Below the pieces are notes generated by a model, which was not told where the DNA came from, made no database searches, and worked only from the letters and a program-made list of their open reading frames with translations. 64,000 bases of DNA, from assembly GCA_003221035.1 (NCBI GenBank), contig QHUB01000030.1, positions 28,763 through 92,762 of the forward strand, read 5' to 3'. Within the stretch, counting starts at the first letter, position 1. Each line of letters opens with the position of its first letter. Shown in pieces: positions 48,007-55,278 of the stretch. Position numbers and translations under genes: made by a program. The DNA comes from Gemmatimonadota bacterium. GTDB lineage: Bacteria > Gemmatimonadota > Gemmatimonadetes > Gemmatimonadales > GWC2-71-9.

Positions 48007-49477
48007 CGACGCGTACCTCTCCCCTCTCCCTCCTCCACACAGAGACGCGCATGCCGGCAGTGTAGATCACGGCGGACAGTATGAAGCCCACAAACCAGGC
48101 CCAGTTGTAGAGCGTCCCGAACAGGCCGGTAGCGGGCGTGCCGCGCAATGCGGCGACGAAGCCCGGCAGGTTGGGCAGGACGCCGGTGACGAGCGCGAGA
48201 ATCGCGATCCAGTTGAAGCCGCGCGAGAATTCGTAGATGCCGTGCCGCTTGTAGAGATCGTTGAGCACGAGCTCACCGCGCCGTACGACGAAGTAGTCCG
48301 CGATCATGATTCCGGCGACGGGACCCAGCAGCGCGCCATAGCCGATCAGCCAGGTGAAGATGTAGGCCGCGGCGTTGTTGTAGAGCCGCCAGGGCATCAT
48401 CACAATTCCGATCACGGCGGTGATCATCGCGCCCTGCTTGAACGTGATCTTGTCGGGAGCGAGGTTCGAGAAGCCGTTCGCAGGGGCGACGATGTTGGCC
48501 GCGATGTTGGTCGTCAGCGTCGCGACCGACAACCCCACCATCGACAGAATGATCATGAGCGGTCCGCCGATCCGCGCCAGCAGTGCGATGGGGTCGGCGA
48601 TGCGCTGGTGGAAGATGATCACCGTCGCATTCGTGACCGCCGCGCCGATGAACGCGAACAGCGCCATGGTGCCGGGCAGGCCGACCGCTTGTCCCACGAT
48701 CTGGTCGCGCTGCGAGCGCGCGAAGCGCGAGAAGTCGGGAATCGACAGTGCCATCGTGCCCCAGAACGCGACCGCCGACGTCAGTCCCACCCCAAACGCG
48801 CCGGCGATGCCGCGGCCGTTCGCGAGTGTCTGCCCGCCGGTGTGCTGCAGCATCGGCCGGAAGCCGCCGACCCTGACGATCGCCCAGACGAGCAGCGCGG
48901 CCCCGACGACCAGCAGGAATGGCGACCCCCAGGTCTCGAGGAACTTGATCGAGTCCATCCCGCGCAGCACGATCCACACATTCAGCGCCCAGAACACCAT
49001 GAAGCAGAGGAACTCGCCGCTGTTCAAGCCGACGAAGGCAGGAAGGACTTGCGGCAGCGTCGCGATCCCTCCCCACATGGCCTCGATCAGCTTGTAGATC
49101 GCCCAGCCGCCGATCCACGTCTGAATGCCGAACCAGCCGCACGCCACGAAGCCGCGCAACAGGGCCGGGATGTTGGCGCCGAGGACGCCGAACGACGAGC
49201 GCGCGAGCACGGGAAAGGGAATCCCGTAGCGCGTGCCCGCGTGCGAATTCAGCGCGATCGGAATCAGGACGACAAAGTTGCCGAGGATCACCGCGCCGAC
49301 CGCGGCCTGCCAGGTCCATCCCTGGTCGATCAGGCCCGACGCCAGCGTGTAGGTCGGGATGCAGATCGCCATCCCGATCCACAACGACGCGATGTGCCAC
49401 CAATTCCAGGTCCGCCGATCCGGGGTGACCGGCAACAGATCCTCGTTGGCGAGCGCGGTCCGCGCGGGCAGCGTCAC
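47999..49477 (-). CDS. NCS1-family nucleobase:cation symporter
   Basis: 12-TM protein. DLLPV..ERTW N-terminal motif and NIAANIV-type helices typical of cytosine/uracil/allantoin permeases. Confidence 0.85.
   Translation of the reverse strand: MTLPARTALANEDLLPVTPDRRTWNWWHIASLWIGMAICIPTYTLASGLIDQGWTWQAAVGAVILGNFVVLIPIALNSHAGTRYGIPFPVLARSSFGVLGANIPALLRGFVACGWFGIQTWIGGWAIYKLIEAMWGGIATLPQVLPAFVGLNSGEFLCFMVFWALNVWIVLRGMDSIKFLETWGSPFLLVVGAALLVWAIVRVGGFRPMLQHTGGQTLANGRGIAGAFGVGLTSAVAFWGTMALSIPDFSRFARSQRDQIVGQAVGLPGTMALFAFIGAAVTNATVIIFHQRIADPIALLARIGGPLMIILSMVGLSVATLTTNIAANIVAPANGFSNLAPDKITFKQGAMITAVIGIVMMPWRLYNNAAAYIFTWLIGYGALLGPVAGIMIADYFVVRRGELVLNDLYKRHGIYEFSRGFNWIAILALVTGVLPNLPGFVAALRGTPATGLFGTLYNWAWFVGFILSAVIYTAGMRVSVWRRERGEVRVGA
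48016..48036 (-). promoter_or_regulatory. 21-nt pure-purine tract (GGAGGAGGGAGAGGGGAGAGG) 9 nt upstream of the preT GTG
   Basis: Seen directly in the sequence. Reads as stacked Shine-Dalgarno-like GGAGG motifs. Lies inside the last codons of the permease gene. Confidence 0.6.
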
Positions 49478-50760
49478 TGCAGCTCGGCCAGGGCGCGCTC
49501 CATGCGCTTCACGCCGTCGTCGATTTCCGACTTGGTGATGAGCAGCGATGGCGCGATGCGCACGACGTTGCCGTAGAGGCCGCCCTTGCCGATCAGCAGG
49601 CCCTGCTTCTTGCAGGCCTCGAGAAACGCGGTCGTCTTCTTGGCCGACGGCTCCTTGGTCTTGCGGTCCTCCACGAATTCAATGCCCTGCATCAGACCCA
49701 TGCCACGGACATCACCGATGAATGCGAATCGCTTCTTGAGCTCCTCGAGCGCGTCGCGCAGCTGCTTGCCGCGCTCGGCCGAGCGCTTGGGCGTATTCTC
49801 GCGCTCCATGACGTCCATCGTGACGTCGGCGGCCGCCATCGAAATGGGATTGCCGCCGAATGTCGAGAGCGACAAGCCGGTAAACGCATTGGCGACTTCC
49901 TCGGTCGCGATCGTCGCTCCCACGGGGAAGCCGTTGGCGATCGACTTGGCGAACGTCATGATCTCGGGCTCCACGCCCCAGTGCTCGATGCCGCACCATT
50001 TGTCACCCGTACGGCCCCAGCCGGTCTGCACTTCGTCGCAGATGAAGACCGCGCCGTACTTCCGAATGATCCCCACCGCGATCTCGAAGTATTCCCTGGG
50101 CGGCGTGATGAATCCGCCGGCGCCCTGGATCGGCTCGGCCATGAAGGCGGCGGGACGGCCGTTGGTCGTGGTCCGAATCAGATCTTCGATGTCCTGCGCG
50201 CAGCGGATCCCGCAGTCCGGATACTCGAGCCCCAGCGGGCAGCGATAGCAATAGGGCGACAGCGCGTGCTTGACGCCGGCGATCTGCGTCGGCAGCACGC
50301 GCCACGGCTGCTGGCCGGTGATCGCGATCGCGCCCTGGCTCCGGCCCGCATAGCTGTGCCGCAGCACGATGATCTCCTGCTGCCCCGTATAGATCTTCGC
50401 CAGCATGACGGCGGTTTCGTCCGCTTCGGTCCCGCTCGTCGTGAAGAAACTCTTCTTCAGCTTGCCGGGCGTGATTTTGGTCAATCGCTCGGCGACTTTG
50501 GTCTGCTCGACCGTCGGATAAACGCTCGACGTGTGCACGAGCCGTGCGACCTGATCCTGGATGCGCTTCACGAATTCGGGATGCGAATGGCCGATCCCGG
50601 CGGTGAGAATCCCGCCGAAGAAGTCGAGGTATTCGCGGCCGTCGAGATCCGTGACGCTCGCCCCGTGCGCCTCGGCGATGACGACAGGCTCGGCGTAATA
50701 GTTGGCGACGCAGGGGAATAAGAACTCTTTGTGTTTCGCTCGGACTGTTTGGGAATCCAT
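49474..50760 (-). CDS. Class III (omega) aminotransferase, beta-alanine/aminobutyrate type
   Basis: FTTSGTEADETA, ICDEVQTGWGRTG, TFAKSIANG (PLP-Lys). Confidence 0.9.
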   Translation of the reverse strand: MDSQTVRAKHKEFLFPCVANYYAEPVVIAEAHGASVTDLDGREYLDFFGGILTAGIGHSHPEFVKRIQDQVARLVHTSSVYPTVEQTKVAERLTKITPGKLKKSFFTTSGTEADETAVMLAKIYTGQQEIIVLRHSYAGRSQGAIAITGQQPWRVLPTQIAGVKHALSPYCYRCPLGLEYPDCGIRCAQDIEDLIRTTTNGRPAAFMAEPIQGAGGFITPPREYFEIAVGIIRKYGAVFICDEVQTGWGRTGDKWCGIEHWGVEPEIMTFAKSIANGFPVGATIATEEVANAFTGLSLSTFGGNPISMAAADVTMDVMERENTPKRSAERGKQLRDALEELKKRFAFIGDVRGMGLMQGIEFVEDRKTKEPSAKKTTAFLEACKKQGLLIGKGGLYGNVVRIAPSLLITKSEIDDGVKRMERALAELQ

Positions 50761-50778
50761 TTAATGCCCTCGGAATCA

Positions 50779-50832
50779 GGAGTCGGGAGTCGGGATTTTG
50801 GGATGCGGCTCAGGCTCCTGACTCCCGACTCC
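50779..50832. repeat. Intercistronic hairpin (GGAGTCGGGAGTC / GACTCCCGACTCC)
   Basis: 13 perfect bp (50779-50791 with 50820-50832), extendable to ~17 bp. It fills most of the 74-nt spacer between the dihydropyrimidinase stop and the aminotransferase start. Confidence 0.7.
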
Positions 50833-50834
50833 GC

Positions 50835-52223
50835 TCAGTGTGTCGGCTCTCTCTTCAGGAACGCACCGCGACCCAACGTACCAACGAATTCCCCATCCCG
50901 CGCCTGCACCTTGCCGCGGACCGTCACGACCGACGCTCGGCCCTTCTGCTCCCAGCCTTCGTACGCGCTGTAATCGACCTTCGAGTGGCTGCCTTCCTGC
51001 GAGAATTTGCCGCGATAGGTGGGATCGTACACCACCAGATCCGCATCGCTGCCGAGCTGGATCGCGCCTTTCCTGGGATACAGGCCGAACAGTTGGGCGG
51101 CCTGGGTCGAGCACGCATCCACCATGGCCTGGAGGCCGAGCCGCCCGGCGGCGACGCCGCAGGTGTGCACGAGATCCACGCGCTCCTGCACCGACGGGAT
51201 CCCGTTCGGGATTTTGGTGAACGCGTCGGTCCCCATCTTTTTCTGATCCGCGAACCGGAACGGCGCGTGGTCGGTGGCGATCGTGCTGATCTGCCGGGTC
51301 TTTATGCCGTTCCAGAGGACGTCTTGATTCGCCTTCGCGCGCAGCGGCGGCGACATGACGAACTTCGATCCCTCGAAACTGGCCCTCTCCGTGTACGTCT
51401 CGTCGAGCACGAAGTGCGGAATCACCGACTCGATCCAGACGTTCACGCCGCGGTGCCGCGCGGCGAGCGCCGCCTGCACGGCCGGTGCGCAGGAGGTGTG
51501 CACGATGTAGACGTGCGTGCCGACCAGCTCCGCGAATGTGCAGAGATGGTGCACGCCGTCGGCCTCCACCACCGGCGGCCGCGAGCGGCCATGCCATTCC
51601 GGGCCGGTCTTTCCCGCGGCGAGCAGCGACTTCTGCATCGCATCGATCGCGTCGGCATTCTCACAATGCGCCGTCACGATGACGCCGAGGTCCTTCGCGA
51701 GCTGCATCGCGGCGAAGAGATGCTCGTCCGAGAGGTTCAGGGCGCCCTTGTACGCGAGAAAGACTTTGAACGACGCGATGCCTGCCTTGACGATTTCGCG
51801 AAACTGCGCGCGGATGTGCTCCTCGAACCGCACGACCGACATGTGAAAGGTGTAATCGACCGCGGCCAGGCCCTCCGCCTTTGACTTCCACGTCTCGAAC
51901 GCGGTGATCGGGTCGTCGGCCGGCCCCGGGCAGATCATCTCGATGAGCGTCGTCGTGCCGCCCGCGAGCGCCGCCTTGCTGGCCGACTCATAGTCATCGG
52001 CGGCGTATGTGCCCATGAAGGGCAGGTAGATATGCACGTGCGGATCGATGAACCCGGGGAACACGTACTTCCCACGCGCATCGATGATGTCCGCGCCGGG
52101 GGCGACGAGCTTGTCGTCGATCCTCGGCTCGATGCGCGAGATCTTCTCAGCCTCGGCGTAGATGTCGGCGGTGTAGTCTTCGGTGGGCGTGATGATCCGC
52201 CCGCCGCGGATCAGCAGCGGCAC
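50835..52223 (-). CDS. Dihydropyrimidinase (D-hydantoinase)
   Basis: V(M)PLLIRGGRIITP..., PGFIDPHVHIYLP, ATDHAP. Start is set at GTG 52223 because the family N-terminus begins about there. The track start 52253 is also possible. Confidence 0.9.
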   Translation of the reverse strand: MPLLIRGGRIITPTEDYTADIYAEAEKISRIEPRIDDKLVAPGADIIDARGKYVFPGFIDPHVHIYLPFMGTYAADDYESASKAALAGGTTTLIEMICPGPADDPITAFETWKSKAEGLAAVDYTFHMSVVRFEEHIRAQFREIVKAGIASFKVFLAYKGALNLSDEHLFAAMQLAKDLGVIVTAHCENADAIDAMQKSLLAAGKTGPEWHGRSRPPVVEADGVHHLCTFAELVGTHVYIVHTSCAPAVQAALAARHRGVNVWIESVIPHFVLDETYTERASFEGSKFVMSPPLRAKANQDVLWNGIKTRQISTIATDHAPFRFADQKKMGTDAFTKIPNGIPSVQERVDLVHTCGVAAGRLGLQAMVDACSTQAAQLFGLYPRKGAIQLGSDADLVVYDPTYRGKFSQEGSHSKVDYSAYEGWEQKGRASVVTVRGKVQARDGEFVGTLGRGAFLKREPTH

Positions 52224-52231
52224 ACGGAACC

Positions 52232-52259
52232 CCACGCACGACGCACCACGCACGACGCA
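52232..52259. repeat. Perfect tandem 14-mer x2 (CCACGCACGACGCA) in the cistron junction
   Basis: 52232-52245 and 52246-52259 are identical. Located between the CN-hydrolase stop (52267) and the dihydropyrimidinase start. Confidence 0.8.
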
Positions 52260-52266
52260 CGGCAGT

Positions 52267-53142
52267 TCATGGAAGCTGCCTCACCATGTCGTCGTAGGTC
52301 TCGGGCCGGCGGTCGCGGAAGAACTGCCATGTGCGCCGGACGTCCTCGATGATGTCGAGGTTCATCTCCGCGACGACGAGCTCGTCCTTGTCCTCGCTGC
52401 CCTGCGCCAGGAAGTTGCCGCGCGGATCGACGAAGTAGCTCGAGCCGTAGAACTGCCCGACGTTCCACGGCGCTTCGACGCCGACGCGATTGATGCAGCC
52501 CATGAAGTAACCGTTGGCGACCGCGTGGGCCGGCTGTTCGAGCTTCCACAGATACTGCGAGAGCCCCTTCACCGTCGCCGAAGGATTGAACACGATCTCG
52601 GCGCCGTGCAGGCCGAGCAGTCGCGCTCCCTCGGGGAAGTGGCGGTCATAACAGATGTAGACGCCGATCGTGGCGTAGCGGGTCTTGAAGACGGGGTAGC
52701 CGAGGTTGCCGGGCTTGAAGAAGAACTTTTCCCAGAAGCCGGCCGTGTGCGGGATGTGGTTCTTGCGGTACTTGCCGAGGTAGCTGCCGTCGGCGTCGAT
52801 CACGGCGGCGGTGTTGTAGTACACCCCGGCCATCTCGCGCTCGTAGATCGGCACGATCATCACCATCGCGTGCTTCTTGGCGAGCTTCTGCATCCGCTCG
52901 ATCGTCGGTCCCGGAATCGGCTCGGCGAGGTCGCACCATTTGGCGTCCTGGCTGGGACAGAAATAGGGGCCGTTGAAGACCTCCTGCAGGCAGAGGATCT
53001 GGACGCCTTTCCTGCCTGCTTCCTCTATATAAGGAAGGTGCTTCTCCTCCATCGCCTTGCTGATCGTGGCGACCGAGGCGTTGGCGTCGTTAATCGGGTT
53101 CGACATTTGAATGAGGCCACCCACGACGTTTCTCATCACCAC
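52267..53142 (-). CDS. Nitrilase-superfamily beta-ureidopropionase (N-carbamoyl-beta-alanine amidohydrolase)-like
   Basis: Catalytic triad contexts CLQE, YRKNHIP, ICYDRHFPE. Confidence 0.85.
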   Translation of the reverse strand: MVMRNVVGGLIQMSNPINDANASVATISKAMEEKHLPYIEEAGRKGVQILCLQEVFNGPYFCPSQDAKWCDLAEPIPGPTIERMQKLAKKHAMVMIVPIYEREMAGVYYNTAAVIDADGSYLGKYRKNHIPHTAGFWEKFFFKPGNLGYPVFKTRYATIGVYICYDRHFPEGARLLGLHGAEIVFNPSATVKGLSQYLWKLEQPAHAVANGYFMGCINRVGVEAPWNVGQFYGSSYFVDPRGNFLAQGSEDKDELVVAEMNLDIIEDVRRTWQFFRDRRPETYDDMVRQLP

Positions 53143-54581
53143 CTCGAGATCACGACTTTTTTGTCGGTATAGAACTCGATGGCGTCGCCGCCGTGGGCTT
53201 TTAGATCTCCGAAGAAGGAGCCCTTGGTGCCGCCAAACGGGAACATGGCCATCGGCGCCGCCACGCCGATGTTCACGCCGATCATGCTGACGCCGACGCG
53301 GTAGCGAAACTCGCGCGCGGCCTTCCCGCTCTGCGTGAAGATCGAGGTCGCGTTGGCAAAGCCGGACGCTCGAACCATCTCGATCCCCTCATCGAGATTG
53401 CTGACGTGCGTCACCGACGCGACCGGCCCGAAAATCTCCTCCTTGCCGATCGTCATGTCGGGCTGCACGCCGTCGAACACCGTCGGGCCGATGAAATGAC
53501 CGCGCGGATGCTTCTCCACCCTGGACGCGCGACCGTCGAGCAGCATCGTCGCGCCTTCTTTGCGACCCGCCTCGACATACGACAGCACTTTCTCCTTGTG
53601 CTTTGCCGAGATCACGGGACCCATCGTCACGTCGGGGTCGAGTCCGTAGCCGAGCCGCAAACTCCTGGCGTTGTCCAGGAGTTTGTCGCGGAATGGCTCG
53701 TAGGCTTTGCCCGCGGCCACGACGACACTGCCCGCGAGACAGCGCTGGCCCGCGCAGCCGAACAGTGACTCGCTGATATTGCTGACGGCGCGGTCCATGT
53801 CCGCGTCGGGCATGACGATCACGTGGTTCTTCGCGCCGCCGAGCGCCTGCACGCGCTTGCCGTACTTGGCGGCTTCCTGATAGACGTACTTCGCGACGGG
53901 GGAGGATCCCACGAACGACACCCCGGCGATTCCCGGATGCTGGAGGATCGCAGTGACCGCCTCTTTCCCGCCATGCACGAGATTCAACACGCCTGCCGGG
54001 AGTCCGGCCTCTATCGCCAGCTCCACGATGCGCGTCGACGAGAATGGCACCTGCTCGCTCGGCTTCAGGATGAAAGTATTTCCGGTAGCGATCGCGTAGG
54101 GCCAGAACCAGCACGGCACCATGGCGGGGAAGTTGAACGGCGTGATTGCGGCGAACACGCCGAGCGGCTGGCGGACGTATTCGCAGTCGATGCCGCTGGC
54201 GACGTCCTCGAGCGTCTTGCCCATCATCAGGGCCGGGATTCCGCACGCGTGCTCGACGTTTTCGATGCCGCGGCGCACCGACCCCCTGGACTCGTCGAGT
54301 GTCTTGCCGTGCTCGCGGGTGACGGTCTGGGCGAGCTCTTCGAAGTGCTCTTCCATCAGGTACTTCAGCTTGAACAGGTAACGGGCGCGGACGACGGGTG
54401 GGACCTGGCGCCACTTCACGAAGGCGCCCTGCGCGGCGGCGACGGCTTCGTGGACCGCGCGGTTTCCGGAAAGCGGCACCTTGCCGAGAGGCTCTCCGGT
54501 GGCGGGGTTGGTCAGGTCGAGAAACTCGACCCCGCCGGGAGCGATCCACTCGCCCCCGATGTAGTTCCGCAGTGTTGTCAT
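53136..54581 (-). CDS. mmsA: CoA-acylating (methyl)malonate-semialdehyde dehydrogenase
   Basis: FNFPAMVPCWFWPYAIATGNTFILKPSE, GCAGQRC (catalytic Cys), GAKNH. Confidence 0.9.
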   Translation of the reverse strand: MTTLRNYIGGEWIAPGGVEFLDLTNPATGEPLGKVPLSGNRAVHEAVAAAQGAFVKWRQVPPVVRARYLFKLKYLMEEHFEELAQTVTREHGKTLDESRGSVRRGIENVEHACGIPALMMGKTLEDVASGIDCEYVRQPLGVFAAITPFNFPAMVPCWFWPYAIATGNTFILKPSEQVPFSSTRIVELAIEAGLPAGVLNLVHGGKEAVTAILQHPGIAGVSFVGSSPVAKYVYQEAAKYGKRVQALGGAKNHVIVMPDADMDRAVSNISESLFGCAGQRCLAGSVVVAAGKAYEPFRDKLLDNARSLRLGYGLDPDVTMGPVISAKHKEKVLSYVEAGRKEGATMLLDGRASRVEKHPRGHFIGPTVFDGVQPDMTIGKEEIFGPVASVTHVSNLDEGIEMVRASGFANATSIFTQSGKAAREFRYRVGVSMIGVNIGVAAPMAMFPFGGTKGSFFGDLKAHGGDAIEFYTDKKVVISRW

Positions 54582-54587
54582 ACCCGT

Positions 54588-54615
54588 AGCCTAGGCGCGG
54601 CTAGAGTGTTGTCAA
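54588..54615 (-). promoter_or_regulatory. Candidate promoter giving a leaderless or near-leaderless mmsA transcript
   Basis: On the minus strand: TTGACA (54615-54610), a 16-nt spacer, TAGGCT (54593-54588), then only 6 nt to ATG 54581. Confidence 0.25.
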
Positions 54616-54639
54616 CGGCTTGAGAATCTCTCGTACGTG

Positions 54640-55254
54640 CTAGGCCTGGCCAACTGTGCCAAGCAGAATATCGCCGGCTGGAACATAGGTGGACATCACA
54701 ACGCCGGTTTTCGCAACCCTCGAAGCCACGAGCCGCAGTGCACCTGGCCGTGCACCATTTTCAAACAGGCGCTTGCCACGGCCAAGAACGACGGGGTAGG
54801 TCCACGTATTGTATTCATCGATGAGCGATGCGGCTCGTAGCGTCTGAATGAGATTGCCGCTGCCAATGATCTGAAGATCCTGTCCGGGCTTTCGCTTGAG
54901 CGCGGTGATGGCAGAAACGACATCCCCGCCAAGTACCGACGAATTGTTCCATTGCAATGACTTCAACGTACGGGACGCCACATGCTTTTTCGTCGCGTTG
55001 AATGTCTTCGCAATCGGGTTATCGTCCGCTTGTTTGGGCCAGTATGACGCGAATATTTCGTAGGTTTTGCGACCGAGCACGAGCTCTCGATCTTTGCCGT
55101 CGAAACCTGCCGCCGAGAGATCCATGTCGTCGTTCCAGAACGCGAAGGTCCAACCGCCGAATGGGAAATCTCCGGTTGGATCTTCGTCCGGTCCTCCCGG
55201 CGCCTGCATGACACCGTCCAGTGAGGTAAATGTGGACGCAATCAGTCTTCTCAT
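54640..55254 (-). CDS. Dihydrofolate reductase-family (RibD C-terminal domain-like) protein
   Basis: MRRLIASTFTSLDGVMQAPGGP...GRKTYEIFASYWP...IIGSGNLIQTL...YPVVLGRGKRLF. GGAG lies 8 nt before ATG 55254. Codon usage is visibly AT-richer than in the neighbours. Confidence 0.8.
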   Translation of the reverse strand: MRRLIASTFTSLDGVMQAPGGPDEDPTGDFPFGGWTFAFWNDDMDLSAAGFDGKDRELVLGRKTYEIFASYWPKQADDNPIAKTFNATKKHVASRTLKSLQWNNSSVLGGDVVSAITALKRKPGQDLQIIGSGNLIQTLRAASLIDEYNTWTYPVVLGRGKRLFENGARPGALRLVASRVAKTGVVMSTYVPAGDILLGTVGQA

Positions 55255-55278
55255 AGTCGGCGCTCCTGTCGCCATGAG

